A stretch of DNA of 64,000 nucleotides from Vicinamibacteria bacterium (GTDB taxonomy: Bacteria > Acidobacteriota > Vicinamibacteria > Vicinamibacterales > JAENWD01), in contig CAWIMD010000002.1 of the NCBI GenBank assembly GCA_963837165.1, forward strand, positions 903,029 through 967,028, in the 5' to 3' direction. Shown piece by piece: positions 41,893 to 53,009 of the stretch. The notes beneath the pieces were generated by a model. The model made no database searches. It was not told where the DNA came from and worked only from the letters and a program-made list of their open reading frames with translations. Every line of letters begins with the position of its first letter. Positions within the stretch are counted from its first letter, which is position 1. A program made the translations under genes and the position numbers.

Positions 41893-43542
41893 TCACAGCC
41901 CGTCGTACTGCGGTCCGCCGCCACCCTCCGGCGGCACCCACGTGATGACCTGATACGGATCCATGATGTCGCAGGTCTTGCAGTGCACGCAGTTCGACGC
42001 GTTGATCTGCAGGCGCGGACGCCCGTCGTCGCCCGGCACGATCTCGTACACGTTCGCCGGACAGAATCGGAGGCACGGGTGTCCGTACTCGCTGCCGCAG
42101 ACGCTCTGGCAGACGTCGGTCTGGACGAGCAGGTGCGACGGCTGATCCTCCTCGTGGCGCGTGCCCGATCGATGGACCGACGTGGCCTTGTCGAAGGTGA
42201 CCGCGCGATCGATGCGCGCCTGGTTCGACGAGACGCCGGGGCCGCGCGGCTCGGCGTCCTGGAGCTTGCGCATGCGCGTGTAGCCGGCATGCCCACGGAG
42301 GCGGCCCGGCAGCCGGCCGCCCGTCAGCACCGCCAGCGCCGACGCGACCAGGCCCGCGGGCAGGCCGCGCTCGAAGGCCTGGTGCACGTTGCGCACCGGG
42401 TACAACTCCTCGCGCACCCAGCTCGCGTCGATGCGATCCTGGTAGCCGCGCAGGCGCGCGCCCGATACGTCGTTGGCGCGAACGGCCTCGAACGCCGTCT
42501 CGGCCGCGAGCATGCCCGTCTTCATCGCGAGGTGGATCCCCTTCAGCCGGAGCGAGTTCAGGAACGCGCCGGCATCGCCCGCGATGAGCGCGCCGTCCAT
42601 CCAGGGCCGCGGCACCGAGTGCCACCCGCCCTCAGGCAGCGCCTTGGCGCCGTACTTCACCGCCTCACCGCCTCGCAGCAGGTCCGCCAGGAAGGGATGC
42701 TGCTTGAACTGCTGGAATGCGGCGTACGGATCGAAGCGCGGATCGCGGTAGCTCAATCCCACGACGAGCCCGAGGGAGATCCGGCCGCCAGGCATCGCGT
42801 AGAGGAAGCCGCCGCCGAACCGCCGCCAGCCAAGCGGGTACCCGAGCGTGTGCACGACGGTCCCCGGCGCGATGCGGTCCGGAGCGACCTCCCAGAGCTC
42901 CTTGATACCAATCGCGTATTGCTGGGGATCGCACCCGTCGGTCAGCGGCAGGCGCGAGACCAGCTGCTTGGTCAGGTTGCCCCGGACCCCGTCGCAGAAG
43001 ATCGTCACGCGCGCGTGGATGTCCACGCCCGGCTCGAAGGTGGGCTTCTGGTGCCCTTCGCGCGAGATGCCGCGGTCGCCGGTCCGGACACCGACGACCC
43101 GATCGCCCTCGAACAGCACCTCGACGCCGGCAAAGCCGGTGAAGAGGTCCATGCCCTCCGCTTCGACGAGTCCGGCGAGCCACCTGCCGAAGCGGCTGAG
43201 CGCGACGATGGGCTTGCCGTGATTCCGCAGAGGCGGCGGCGTGACCGGCAGCCGGATCTTGCCGGCGGCGTCGAGGACGTACACGCGATCGTCGCGAACC
43301 TCCGCCTCCACGGGGACGCCACGGTCCCGGTAGTCCGGCAGGAGCTCGGCAAGCGCCCGGGGATCCAGGACCGCTCCCGACAGCAGGTGCGCACCGGCCT
43401 CACGCGCCTTCTCGAGCACGGCCACCGCCAGCGGCTCGCCACCGTCGGCCTTCTGCAGCGCGGCAAGGCGCAGCGCGGCAGACAGACCCGCCGGGCCACC
43501 CCCGACGATCAACACGTCGACGTCGAGCGTCTCGCGGGGCAT
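41893..43542 (-). CDS. electron-transfer flavoprotein:ubiquinone oxidoreductase
   Basis: 549 aa. FAD motif DVLIVGGGPAGLSAALRLA. C-terminal ferredoxin-like CPANVYE...CVHCKTCDIMDP..ITWVPPEGGGGPQY. Confidence 0.92.
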   Translation of the reverse strand: MPRETLDVDVLIVGGGPAGLSAALRLAALQKADGGEPLAVAVLEKAREAGAHLLSGAVLDPRALAELLPDYRDRGVPVEAEVRDDRVYVLDAAGKIRLPVTPPPLRNHGKPIVALSRFGRWLAGLVEAEGMDLFTGFAGVEVLFEGDRVVGVRTGDRGISREGHQKPTFEPGVDIHARVTIFCDGVRGNLTKQLVSRLPLTDGCDPQQYAIGIKELWEVAPDRIAPGTVVHTLGYPLGWRRFGGGFLYAMPGGRISLGLVVGLSYRDPRFDPYAAFQQFKQHPFLADLLRGGEAVKYGAKALPEGGWHSVPRPWMDGALIAGDAGAFLNSLRLKGIHLAMKTGMLAAETAFEAVRANDVSGARLRGYQDRIDASWVREELYPVRNVHQAFERGLPAGLVASALAVLTGGRLPGRLRGHAGYTRMRKLQDAEPRGPGVSSNQARIDRAVTFDKATSVHRSGTRHEEDQPSHLLVQTDVCQSVCGSEYGHPCLRFCPANVYEIVPGDDGRPRLQINASNCVHCKTCDIMDPYQVITWVPPEGGGGPQYDGL

Positions 43543-43554
43543 GGCCTCGACCGG

Positions 43555-44529
43555 TCAGTCCCCCTTCTTCACTTCGGCCGTGAGCGCCGGGAGCAGCTCG
43601 AACAGATCCCCCACGTAGCCGTAGTCGGCGACCTCGAAGATCGGCGCCTCGGCGTCCTTGTTGATTGCGAGAATCGTGCGGGCTCCCTTCATGCCGACGA
43701 CGTGCTGGATGGCGCCGGAGATGCCCACGGCGACGTAGAGCTTCGGCGCGACCGTCTGTCCAGAGCTGCCGATCTGGCGCTCCATCGGCAGCCATCCCGC
43801 GTCGCAGATCGGCCGTGACGCGGCCAGCTCGGCTCCCAATGCAACCGCCAGCGCCTCGGCGAGCGGCAGGTGCTCCGGACCCTTGATGCCGCGCCCGACC
43901 GCCACGATCCGCTCCGCCTGGGACAGGTCAACGGCCTGACGCGCCTCCTGAAACGGAGGCTCGGGAGCCTGCCGGACCTTCGAAGCGTCGAGCGACACTT
44001 CCAGTGTCCGGACGGGAGCTGGCGAACTGCCGCGGCGGGCCTGGTCGGCCCGGAAGGCCCCCACCTGGATCGTGACGAACCAGGGCGCCTCGCCGGTCGG
44101 CCTTACGTCGGCCGCCAGTTTGCCCTGGAACATCGGCCGAGACAGCAGCGTGCCGTCGGAGCCCGCCTTGATGCCGGTGCAGTCGGTCACGAGCGATCGT
44201 CCCAGCCGCGCGGCCAGGGCGGGCGCGAAGTCCCGGGTCTGGTACGTATGGGAGAGCACCACCCAATCGGGTGCCAGCGTCGGCACGGCCTGCGCGAACG
44301 CCTCCACCCAGCCGTCGGCCGTGTACTGCCCGAGGAGGGGCGAGGTAATCGTCACGACCTCGTCGACGGCGGCCGCTGCCAGCTCGCCGGCCGCCGCCGC
44401 GACGTCACCGCCGGCAATGGCGACCTGCACGGGCGCGCCGCCCGCCAGCTGCTGCGCGGCCGCGACGGCCTCCCACGACGCGCGGTTCAGCCGGCCGTCC
44501 CTCTGCTCGGCAATCACCAGCAGGCTCAC
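43555..44529 (-). CDS. etfA: electron transfer flavoprotein alpha subunit
   Basis: 324 aa from GTG 44529 ([20 protein letters not shown]). GTGA overlap with the etfB stop. C-terminal FAD-binding [25 protein letters not shown]. The rest of track ORF 43555..45246 overlaps etfB out of frame. Confidence 0.9.
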   Translation of the reverse strand: MSLLVIAEQRDGRLNRASWEAVAAAQQLAGGAPVQVAIAGGDVAAAAGELAAAAVDEVVTITSPLLGQYTADGWVEAFAQAVPTLAPDWVVLSHTYQTRDFAPALAARLGRSLVTDCTGIKAGSDGTLLSRPMFQGKLAADVRPTGEAPWFVTIQVGAFRADQARRGSSPAPVRTLEVSLDASKVRQAPEPPFQEARQAVDLSQAERIVAVGRGIKGPEHLPLAEALAVALGAELAASRPICDAGWLPMERQIGSSGQTVAPKLYVAVGISGAIQHVVGMKGARTILAINKDAEAPIFEVADYGYVGDLFELLPALTAEVKKGD

Positions 44530-45287
44530 AATACCCTCGCCTCCTCGCGGAGCTTCTTCACCAGCGCGGCGGCCGCCTCGGCGGGGCTGCCGGTGACCAG
44601 CTCGGTGTGCTTGGCCTTCTCGGGCACGTACAGCGCGACGATGTCCTGACCGGCCGTCAGGGGCTCGGCGGGAGCGACCCGCCGCACCTCCTTCTTCTTG
44701 GCGGCCATGATGCCCTTCAGCGTCGCGTAGCGCAGCTGGTTGATGCCGCTCTGGATCGTGAGCAGCGCCGGCAGCGGCATCGCGACCCACTGGAACCATC
44801 CGCCCTCGAGCTCCCGCTTCACGCGCAGCCGGCCATCCTCGATCTGCACGTCCATGATGATCGTCGCATGCGGCAGGCCCAGGCGCTCGGCCAGCACGAC
44901 GCCGGTCTGCGCGTGGCCCTGGTCGTCGGATTGCAAGCCCGTGAGGATCAGGTCGAACGCCTCGCCTCTGGCGGCCCCCGCCAGGGCGCCGGCGATCGCC
45001 ATGGCGTCGGCGCCGCCGAGCCGGTCGTCCTCGATGTGGATGGCCCGATCGGCGCCCCGGGCGAGCGCCTCGCGAATCACCTGGGCCACGCGGGCCGGCC
45101 CCGCAGACAGGACGACCACGTCCCCGCCGTGACGCTCCTTGAGGCGCAGGGCCGCCTCGAGCGCGTACGCGTCCGGCTCGTTCAGCTCCCAGCTCGCGTC
45201 CTGCTCGCGGATCGAGCGGCCGTCGTCGGCGAGCCTGGGCTGCCACTCACGCGTGGGGACCTGCTTGATGCAGACGGCAATCTTCAT
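44526..45287 (-). CDS. etfB: electron transfer flavoprotein beta subunit
   Basis: 253 aa from ATG 45287 (MKIAVCIKQVP...NEPDAYALEAALRLKE...TGLQSDD). Confidence 0.9.
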   Translation of the reverse strand: MKIAVCIKQVPTREWQPRLADDGRSIREQDASWELNEPDAYALEAALRLKERHGGDVVVLSAGPARVAQVIREALARGADRAIHIEDDRLGGADAMAIAGALAGAARGEAFDLILTGLQSDDQGHAQTGVVLAERLGLPHATIIMDVQIEDGRLRVKRELEGGWFQWVAMPLPALLTIQSGINQLRYATLKGIMAAKKKEVRRVAPAEPLTAGQDIVALYVPEKAKHTELVTGSPAEAAAALVKKLREEARVL

Positions 45288-45353
45288 AGCGGCACGAGCC
45301 TCCGGGACGCCGCGCCGGCGCACGGCTGGGCGGGCGCGCCGGGCGCCCTGGCG

Positions 45354-46592
45354 CTACTCGAAGCGGCGGAAGAGCAGCGACGCGTTGGTGCCGCCGAACC
45401 CGAACGAGTTCGAGAGCGCGTAGGTCACCTCGGCGGTGCGCGACGTGTGCGGCACGTAGTCCAGGTCGCAGCGCGGGTCCGGCGCGTCGAGGTTGATCGT
45501 CGGCGGCAGCACTTGACGGTGGATCGCCAGCGCCGTGATTCCCGCCTCGAGGCCGCCGGCGGCCCCGAGCAGGTGGCCCGTCATCGACTTGGTGGACGAG
45601 ACCGCCAGCCGGTAGGCGTGGTCGCCGAAGCATCGCTTGATGGCGAACGTCTCGTTCGGGTCGTTGATCGGCGTGGACGTGCCGTGCGCGTTGATGTACT
45701 GCACCTCGCTCGGCGCGACGTGCGCCGAGAGGAGCGCGTTCTGCATCGAGCGGACGGCGCCGTCACCGTCATCGGGCTGCCCGGTCATGTGGTACGCGTC
45801 GCCAGAGAGGCCATAGCCGACCAGCTCCGCGTACACCTTGGCGCCACGGGCCTCGGCATGCTCGAGCGCCTCCAGAATCACGACCCCGGAGCCCTCGCCG
45901 ATCACGAAGCCGTCGCGGTCCTTGTCGAACGGGCGGCTCGCACGCTGCGGCTCGTCGTTGCGCGTGGAGAGCGCCCGCATGGCGCCGAATCCACCCACCC
46001 CCATCGGGGTGATGGCGGCCTCCGACCCGCCGGCGATCATGGCGTCCACGATGCCGCGGCGGATCATCTCGTACGCGTCGCCGATCGCGTGCGCCGAGGC
46101 CGAGCAGGCCGTGCACGTGGCGGAGTTCGGCCCCTTGGCGCCGAACCGGATCGACACCTGGCCGGAGGCGAGGTTGATGATGGCCGACGGGATGAAGAAC
46201 GGCGAGATGCGCCGCGGTCCACCTTCGAGATACGCCTTGTGCTCGCGCTCGATGGTGCCGAACCCGCCGATGCCCGAGGCGATGAACACGCCCACGCGCG
46301 GCGCGTTGGCCGGCGTGATGGCCAGGCACGAGTCCGCCATCGCGAACTCCGAGGCCGCCAGCGCGTACTGGATGAAGACGTCCATCTTCTTGACGTCCTT
46401 CTTCTCGACGAACTGCAGCGGGTCGAACCCCTTCACTTCGCCCGCGATCTGCGTCGAGAACTGCGACGCGTCGAAGCGTGTGATCGGGGCAATCCCGCTG
46501 CGGCCCTCGAGGAGCCCGCTCCAGTTCGCCTCGGTGCCGATGCCCTCGGAGGACACCAGTCCGATGCCCGTGATGACGACTCGCCTGCTCAC
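45354..46592 (-). CDS. fabF: 3-oxoacyl-ACP synthase II
   Basis: 412 aa. [12 protein letters not shown], active-site [31 protein letters not shown]. Confidence 0.95.
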   Translation of the reverse strand: MSRRVVITGIGLVSSEGIGTEANWSGLLEGRSGIAPITRFDASQFSTQIAGEVKGFDPLQFVEKKDVKKMDVFIQYALAASEFAMADSCLAITPANAPRVGVFIASGIGGFGTIEREHKAYLEGGPRRISPFFIPSAIINLASGQVSIRFGAKGPNSATCTACSASAHAIGDAYEMIRRGIVDAMIAGGSEAAITPMGVGGFGAMRALSTRNDEPQRASRPFDKDRDGFVIGEGSGVVILEALEHAEARGAKVYAELVGYGLSGDAYHMTGQPDDGDGAVRSMQNALLSAHVAPSEVQYINAHGTSTPINDPNETFAIKRCFGDHAYRLAVSSTKSMTGHLLGAAGGLEAGITALAIHRQVLPPTINLDAPDPRCDLDYVPHTSRTAEVTYALSNSFGFGGTNASLLFRRFE

Positions 46593-46639
46593 TCTGCCTC
46601 CACCGCGTCGAGGAGGGGCTGCGGCCCGCGGCCGCGGCC

Positions 46640-46882
46640 CTACTTCTTGTTCTTCGCGTGGCCCTCGATGTACTCGACGGCCTCCTTGACGCGGGTGATC
46701 TTCTCGGCGTCCTCGTCCGGAATCTCGATTCCGAACTCCTCCTCGAACGCCATCACCAGCTCCACCGTGTCCAGCGAGTCAGCGCCGAGGTCGTCGACGA
46801 ACGAGGCGTCTGCGGTGACTTCCTCCTCGTCCACTCCGAGTTGCTCGACGATGATGGCTTTTACCTTTTCAGCAACCGCCAT
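46640..46882 (-). CDS. acpP: acyl carrier protein
   Basis: 80 aa. [27 protein letters not shown]. Confidence 0.97.
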   Translation of the reverse strand: MAVAEKVKAIIVEQLGVDEEEVTADASFVDDLGADSLDTVELVMAFEEEFGIEIPDEDAEKITRVKEAVEYIEGHAKNKK

Positions 46883-46892
46883 TCCCTTCCTC

Positions 46893-47633
46893 CTAGGTGT
46901 ACATCCCGCCGTTCACGGCTAGAACGTGTCCAGTAATATACGACGCCTCGTCTGAGGCAAGAAAGCACACGGCACCCGCCACGTCGGCCGGACTCCCCAG
47001 CCGCCCGAGCGGGATCTTCGTCGACCAGTCCCCGCGCGAACCCTCGGTCAGCGCGCGTGTCATGTCGGTCTCGACCAGCCCGGGCGCCACCACGTTGACG
47101 GTGATGCCCCGGCTGGCCACTTCCCGCGCCATCGACTTGCAGAACCCGATCAGGCCGGCCTTCGACGCGGCGTAATTGGCCTGCCCGGCGTTGCCCATCT
47201 GCCCCACGACCGAGCTGACCGCGATTACCCGCCCGCCCCGCTGCTTCAGCATCGGCTTGAGCGCCGCCTGGCAGAGCGTGAAGCTGGCCGTCAGGTTCGT
47301 CGCCAGCACGGCGTCCCAGTCCTCCCGCTTCATCCGCAGCAGCAGCTGATCGCGCGTGATGCCGGCGTTGCTCACCAGGATGTCGAGACGCCCGTGCCTG
47401 GCGATCACGCCCGCCACCGCCCGCTCGACGGTCGCCGGATCGGTCACGTCCAGGGCCACCGCCTCGGCCGTCCCGCCGGCCGCCGCAATCTCCGCCACAG
47501 TCTCCTGCGCATGGTCCCCGCGCGCGGCGGCCACCACGACCGCGCCCTGGCGGGCCAGCGCCTGGGCAATCGCACGGCCGATCCCGCGCGAGGCGCCCGT
47601 GACGAGCGCGATGCGATTCGTCAGATCGATCAT
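46893..47633 (-). CDS. fabG: 3-oxoacyl-ACP reductase
   Basis: 246 aa from ATG 47633 ([23 protein letters not shown]). SDR catalytic region YAASKAG. Position between fabD and acpP. Confidence 0.93.
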   Translation of the reverse strand: MIDLTNRIALVTGASRGIGRAIAQALARQGAVVVAAARGDHAQETVAEIAAAGGTAEAVALDVTDPATVERAVAGVIARHGRLDILVSNAGITRDQLLLRMKREDWDAVLATNLTASFTLCQAALKPMLKQRGGRVIAVSSVVGQMGNAGQANYAASKAGLIGFCKSMAREVASRGITVNVVAPGLVETDMTRALTEGSRGDWSTKIPLGRLGSPADVAGAVCFLASDEASYITGHVLAVNGGMYT

Positions 47634-48571
47634 CAATGGGGAATGCCCGCGACCAGCTGCTCCACGGCGTCGAGGTCGGCGGGGGTCTCCAGGTTGGCCA
47701 CCTGCGCCTCGCGATCGATCTTCCGCACCAGACCGCTCAGCACCGTGCCGGGACCCACCTCAACATACGCGCGGACGCCGAGAGACGCAAGCCGGCGCAC
47801 CACGTCCTCCCACCGCACCGGCGCCGACACCTGGCCGACCAGTGCCTCGATGGCGGCCGGCCCGTCGGTCTTCAGCGCGGCGTCGAGGTTGGCCACGACG
47901 GGCACCCGCGGGTTCCGCACCAACAGCGCCCGCAGGTCCGGTGCCAGCCGATCTTCGGCGGGCCGCATCAGGGCGCAATGGAACGGGGCGCTCACCGACA
48001 GCGGAATCACCCGCTTCGCGCCGAGCGCCTTCGCCCGCTCGCCGGCCCGGGCCACCGCCGCGGCGGCGCCCGCGATGACCACCTGGCCAGGGGCGTTCAG
48101 GTTCGCTGGCGCCACCACGTCTCCGTCGGCCGCCTCGGCACAGGCCTGCGCCACGCGGGCGGCATCCAGCCCGAGCACTGCCGCCATCGCGCCGGTGCCC
48201 ACGGGCACCGCCTCCTGCATGTACCGGCCGCGCCGCCGGACGACACGCACCGCGTCGGCGAACGAGAACGTCCCGGCGGCCACGTGCGCGGAGTACTCGC
48301 CGAGACTGTGGCCGGCGACGAAGGCGGGCCGGATGCCGCGCGACTCCAGCAGCCGCGCCGCCGCCACGCTGACCGTCAGGATGGCGGGTTGCGTGTTCTC
48401 GGTCAGCGTGAGCCGTTCCTCGGGTCCGTCGAAGCAGAGCCGGCTGAGCGGTTCGCCGAGGGCGGCATCCGCCTCGTCGAAGACTGCACGGCACTCGGGG
48501 CACTCCTCCGCGAGCGCCCGTCCCATCCCCACCTTCTGGGAGCCCTGGCCCGGGAACACGAACGCAATCAC
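47633..48571 (-). CDS. fabD: malonyl-CoA:ACP transacylase
   Basis: 312 aa from GTG 48571 (VIAFVFPGQGSQKVGMG). GHSLGEYSA active site. GTGA overlap with the plsX stop. The upstream part of track ORF 47633..49135 overlaps plsX out of frame. Confidence 0.92.
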   Translation of the reverse strand: MIAFVFPGQGSQKVGMGRALAEECPECRAVFDEADAALGEPLSRLCFDGPEERLTLTENTQPAILTVSVAAARLLESRGIRPAFVAGHSLGEYSAHVAAGTFSFADAVRVVRRRGRYMQEAVPVGTGAMAAVLGLDAARVAQACAEAADGDVVAPANLNAPGQVVIAGAAAAVARAGERAKALGAKRVIPLSVSAPFHCALMRPAEDRLAPDLRALLVRNPRVPVVANLDAALKTDGPAAIEALVGQVSAPVRWEDVVRRLASLGVRAYVEVGPGTVLSGLVRKIDREAQVANLETPADLDAVEQLVAGIPH

Positions 48572-49602
48572 GATCGGCTCACTCCGCTCATGGCCAGCCC
48601 GCGCTCGAGGCGCTCGATCAGCCGCTCCCGCCGGAAGCGATCGGCAAGGAGGATGGCATTGCGCACCGCCCGCGAGGACGAGCGGCCGTGCCCGACGATC
48701 ACGATCCCCGCCACCCCCAGCAACAGCGCGCCGCCGTATTCCGAGTAGTCCACGCGCCGCCGGAAGCGCCGGAACGCCCGCCGCGACAGGAGGTATCCCA
48801 TGCTCGCCGAGAACGTGCCCGTCAGCTCGGCGCCCAGCAGGGCCTCCACCATCTCGACGAGGCCCTCGCTGATCTTCAGCGCGACGTTGCCCGTGAACCC
48901 GTCGCAGACGATCACGTCGGCGACGCCGGCATAGACGTCGCGGGCCTCGACGTTGCCCACGAACCTTACGGGGGCGTCCTTCAGCAGGCGATGCGCCTCG
49001 CGCGTCAGCTCGTTGCCCTTCGACGCCTCTTCGCCAATCGACAGCAGCCCGACGCGGGGCTCGGCAACCGCGAGCGCCAGCTGTGCGTACGCCGCGCCCA
49101 TCACGGCGAACTGCAGCAGGTGCGCCGGACGACACTCCGCGTTCGCGCCGGCATCGAGCAGCACCGACGGGCTCAGCCGCGTCGGGATCGCCGTCGCGAG
49201 CGCCGGCCGATCGACGCCGGGCAGGAGCCCGAGCCCGGTCGCCGCCGCCATGACGGTGGCGCCGGTGCTGCCGGCCGATACGAGCGCCGCCCCGCGCCGC
49301 TCCGCCAGTTCACGGACCGCGACCCGAATCGAGGCCCCGGGCTTCCGCCGCAGCGCCAGGGCCGGCGACTCCCCCATCCCAATCGTCTCGGGGGCGTCCA
49401 CCACGGTCAGCGGCAGCTTCGCCGCGCCAGGGTGCCGCGCGAGCTCGCCATCGAGTGCGGCCCGCGCGCCGACCAGCCGGATGCCCTCCGACACGTGCCG
49501 CGCCGCGGCGACCGCACCGTCCACAATCGGACCCGGCGCATGGTCGCCTCCCATGCCGTCGACGACAACGGCGGAGCAGGATGGATGTTGACGTTCAGGC
49601 AT
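48568..49602 (-). CDS. plsX: phosphate:acyl-ACP acyltransferase
   Basis: 344 aa. VVVDGMGGDHAPGPIVDGA, VCDGFTGNVALK. Confidence 0.95.
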   Translation of the reverse strand: MPERQHPSCSAVVVDGMGGDHAPGPIVDGAVAAARHVSEGIRLVGARAALDGELARHPGAAKLPLTVVDAPETIGMGESPALALRRKPGASIRVAVRELAERRGAALVSAGSTGATVMAAATGLGLLPGVDRPALATAIPTRLSPSVLLDAGANAECRPAHLLQFAVMGAAYAQLALAVAEPRVGLLSIGEEASKGNELTREAHRLLKDAPVRFVGNVEARDVYAGVADVIVCDGFTGNVALKISEGLVEMVEALLGAELTGTFSASMGYLLSRRAFRRFRRRVDYSEYGGALLLGVAGIVIVGHGRSSSRAVRNAILLADRFRRERLIERLERGLAMSGVSRS

Positions 49603-49665
49603 CGACCGGACGGGCCGACGGCGTCGCCACCGGCCTCGCCATGGCCCGCGGTACGCGCGCGATGT

Positions 49666-49848
49666 TCAGGCCTCGTCGACCGGGTGGACCTGCCGCCCGC
49701 GGTAGTAGCCGCAGTGCGGGCAGACCTGGTGGGCACGCTTCGGCTCGTGGCACTGCGGGCAGTTGCCCGTGTGGACAGGGGCCAGCGCGTCGTGGGTGCG
49801 TCGCTTGGCGGTGCGGGTCTTCGAATGGCGTCGCTTTGGATTAGGCAT
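49666..49848 (-). CDS. rpmF: 50S ribosomal protein L32
   Basis: 60 aa. [19 protein letters not shown]...CPQCHEPKRAHQVCPHCGYYRGR. Confidence 0.95.
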   Translation of the reverse strand: MPNPKRRHSKTRTAKRRTHDALAPVHTGNCPQCHEPKRAHQVCPHCGYYRGRQVHPVDEA

Positions 49849-50380
49849 CGTTGGTGTCTTTCAGCAGCGCTTTCAGTCCCGCCAGCCGGGGATCGTCCCA
49901 TCGGGGAGCGCAGTCGCACGTCGTCACGTTGTGGTTCGCGCCGCAGACCGGGCAGAGCCCCTGGCAGTCCTCCCGGCAGAGCGGCTTCATCGGCAGTGCC
50001 AGATACAGCTGCTCGTGCAGCATCTCGCCAAGGTCGATCCGACCATCGCGGTAGAACGCGGTGTTGATGTCCTCCTCGGCCACCTCCGCGTCTTCGTCGC
50101 CGTCCGGCGACTCGGAGACGGGGAGATAGCGGAGGTCGAACCGGGCGTCCACCGGCATCTCGAAGCGCTCGAGGCAGCGGCTGCACGGAAGTCCGAGCGT
50201 CGTCACCGCCCGGCCGGACACCCGCACCAGGTCCTTGTCCTTCGCGGCCGTGGCGGTCAGAACGACCGGCGTCAGGACCCGCAAGTCCTCCTCGGCCGGC
50301 AGGGCCGACGGCTCGATGGTCCGGTCGAGCGCCTCGACCCCATCCTGCATCCGCGCCACGTCGAGAACGAGCATCGCCAC
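49841..50380 (-). CDS. yceD: DUF177 / YceD-family protein
   Basis: 179 aa. C-terminal [20 protein letters not shown]. Conserved position upstream of rpmF-plsX. Confidence 0.85.
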   Translation of the reverse strand: MAMLVLDVARMQDGVEALDRTIEPSALPAEEDLRVLTPVVLTATAAKDKDLVRVSGRAVTTLGLPCSRCLERFEMPVDARFDLRYLPVSESPDGDEDAEVAEEDINTAFYRDGRIDLGEMLHEQLYLALPMKPLCREDCQGLCPVCGANHNVTTCDCAPRWDDPRLAGLKALLKDTNDA

Positions 50381-50459
50381 ACGAGCGGTCCAACCCCATG
50401 TGGACCGACCCTCAAGTATAACATGGGGCGCATCTTCCGTCCGCCGGCGACCCGACCGC

Positions 50460-51513
50460 TCAGGGACCGTCGGTCCCCGCCCAGGGCCGCGGGATGAAGA
50501 GGCGCTCGAACAGGGCCACCGCGTACCGGTCGGTCATGCCGGCAATGAAGTCGCGACGCGCCGCATCGAGCCCCTCGCCCGCCAGCGTCGCTCGCGTCGA
50601 GGAATTCCCCGGGCCGCTCGCCGACCTTTTCCCAGAGCCCGCCCAGGATGCCACGGGCCTTGCGGAACTCCGCCATCGACTCCTGGTTCTCGTAGACGGC
50701 GCCGAACAGGAATTCCCTCAGCTGAAGGGTCGCCTCGAGCACGGGCGGGCTCATCTGGATCTCCGCCAGCGTCAGGGCCAGGGTGGCCCGGACCACGTCG
50801 GCCACCATGCGGCCAATCCGCTCGGAGGAGGACCGGCCGAGCACCTCGACGGCCGCGGCAGGCAGATCCGCTTCGCTCAGCAGGCCGGCCCGCGCCGCAT
50901 CGTCGATGTCGTGGTTCACGTACGCGATGAGATCCGCCACGCGGGCGATCTGGCCTTCGAGCGTGGCCGCCCGCTGGGCGGGGTCGGCGCCCACCGGAGC
51001 TCCGCGCTTGCCCTTGGAGTGCTTCGCGATGCCGTCGCGGACTTCCCAGGTCAGATTGAGGCCGCGCCCGTCGTTCTCGAGCAGGTCCACCACGCGCAGA
51101 CTCTGCTCGTAGTGGTTGAACCCGCCGGGCATGAGCTCGGACAGCACGCGCTCACCCGCGTGGCCGAACGGCGTGTGCCCCAGGTCGTGGCCGAGCGCGA
51201 TCGCCTCGGTGAGCTCCTCGTGCAGGTGCAGCACCTTGGCAATGGTCCGTGCGATCTGCGACACCTCGAGCGTGTGCGTGAGGCGCGTGCGGTAGTGATC
51301 GCCCTGGGGGGAGAAGAACACCTGAGTCTTGTGCTTCAGCCGGCGGAACGCCTTCGAGTGGACGATCCGATCGCGGTCCCGCTGAAAGGCCGGCCGGATG
51401 TCGTCCTCCACCTCGGGCCGCAGTCGCCCTCTCGTGTCGGCCGAGTGCGCGGCCTGCGCGGCCAGGATCTCGCGTTCGCGGGCCTCGAGCTGAAGCCGCA
51501 GCAGGTCGTCCAT
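50460..51513 (-). CDS. dgt: dGTP triphosphohydrolase-like HD-domain protein, frame interrupted by one extra nucleotide near 50585-50610
   Basis: ATG 51513 (ATGA overlap with the deoB stop). [52 protein letters not shown]. The conserved C-terminus [27 protein letters not shown] is in the neighbouring frame (track ORF 50460..50654). The main frame instead runs on into yceD. The span is 3n+1 nt. Confidence 0.85.
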
Positions 51514-52688
51514 CAGGCCACCAGCGCCGGCAGGAAACTGCGGCCGAACGACGTGGGGCCGGCACCGAATACGTCCGCCACGGTCTGCCCGATGTCCGCA
51601 AAGGACGGCCGCGTGCCGAGCGGGCGCCCCGCGGCAACGCGCGCGCCCGCGGCCAGCAGAGGCACGTACTCGCGCGAATGGTCGGTGCTCGGCGTCGTCG
51701 GATCGTTGCCGTGGTCGGCCGTGAGGATCAGCAGGTCGTCGGCCCCGAGCCGCGGCAGCAGCGCCGCCAGCCGCCGATCGAAACGCTCCAGGTTGGCCGC
51801 GTATCCCGATGGGTCGTTGCGGTGGCCGTACACCGTATCGAAGTCCACGAGGTTCGCGAACACCAGCCCGGGCTCCTGGGCGGTCAGCGCCTCCTCCACC
51901 CGGTCCATGCCGGCGTCGTCGCTTGGCGTGGGCAGGGCGCGTGTGATGCCCCGGCCCGCGAACAGGTCCCGGATCTTGCCGATCGCGGTGACGGGCACGC
52001 CGCGCGCGGTCAGCCGATCCAGCAGGGTCTCTCCACGCGGCGGCATGGCGTAGTCGTGCCGGTTGGCGGTCCGCGTGAAGTGGCCGGGCTCGCCCACGAA
52101 CGGCCGCGCAATCACGCGTCCGAGACCGCGGCCGTCCACGACGAGCCGGTAGGCAATCGCGCACATCCGGTACAGCTCGGGCACCGGGATGACGGCTTCG
52201 TGCGCGGCAATCTGGAAGACGCTGTCGGCCGACGTGTACACGATGGGCCTGCCCGTCCGGACGTGCTCGGCCCCGAGGCGATCGACGATCTCGGTTCCCG
52301 AGGCCACTTCGTTGCCGAGCGTCTGCCGGCCGATGCCCGACTCGAACTCCGCGATCAGGTCCGGCGGAAACCCGTGGGGAAACGTGGGAAACGGCCGGTC
52401 GAGCACCAGCCCGGCGATCTCCCAGTGCCCGGTGACCGAGTCCTTGCCGGGCGAGGCTTCGGCCATGCGGCCGAAGGCAGCCTGCGGCGCGTCGGCGGGC
52501 GGGATGCCCTGGAGAGCCGCGATGTTGCCGAGGCCGAGCCGCTGCAGGGCCGGTGCCCGGACGGTCACCTGCTGGCAGAGGTTGCCGAGCGTGTGGCTGC
52601 CTCCGTCGCCGTAGGCCCCGGCATCGGGCAGTTCGCCGATACCGACGCCGTCGAGGACGATGAGGAACACCCGGACAAATGGCGGCAC
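51513..52688 (-). CDS. deoB: phosphopentomutase
   Basis: 391 aa. [39 protein letters not shown]. Confidence 0.92.
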   Translation of the reverse strand: MPPFVRVFLIVLDGVGIGELPDAGAYGDGGSHTLGNLCQQVTVRAPALQRLGLGNIAALQGIPPADAPQAAFGRMAEASPGKDSVTGHWEIAGLVLDRPFPTFPHGFPPDLIAEFESGIGRQTLGNEVASGTEIVDRLGAEHVRTGRPIVYTSADSVFQIAAHEAVIPVPELYRMCAIAYRLVVDGRGLGRVIARPFVGEPGHFTRTANRHDYAMPPRGETLLDRLTARGVPVTAIGKIRDLFAGRGITRALPTPSDDAGMDRVEEALTAQEPGLVFANLVDFDTVYGHRNDPSGYAANLERFDRRLAALLPRLGADDLLILTADHGNDPTTPSTDHSREYVPLLAAGARVAAGRPLGTRPSFADIGQTVADVFGAGPTSFGRSFLPALVA

Positions 52689-52751
52689 GTCGTGTTGGGA
52701 GGTGGCGCCGCGACCGCGCCGATGGCTACTGGCCCGACAAGAGAGACTCCA

Positions 52752-53009
52752 CTAGCCGTGCGTGAAGTAGTTGGCGACGGTTCGAGGCGTCCGGATCGAG
52801 GCGATGGCGTGCTTGAAGAGCATGTGGTCGGTGCCGCCCACCTCGACAATCACGGCGAACCGATCGAAGTTCTTGATACGGCCCTCGAGCGACTCGCCCG
52901 ACATCAGCTGGATGGAGACCGCGAGGCGCTCCCGCCGGGCGTAGTTGAGGAACACGTCCTGGATGTTCGGCTGGCCCGTGCTGACCTTCGACTCGGGTGT
53001 GTGCGGCAT
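52752..53009 (-). CDS. hfq: RNA chaperone Hfq
   Basis: 85 aa from ATG 53009 (ATGA overlap with the miaA stop). IQDVFLNYARRERLAVSIQLMSGESLEGRIKNFDRFAVIVEVGGTDHMLFKHAIASI (Sm1/Sm2). miaA-hfq order. Confidence 0.92.
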   Translation of the reverse strand: MPHTPESKVSTGQPNIQDVFLNYARRERLAVSIQLMSGESLEGRIKNFDRFAVIVEVGGTDHMLFKHAIASIRTPRTVANYFTHG

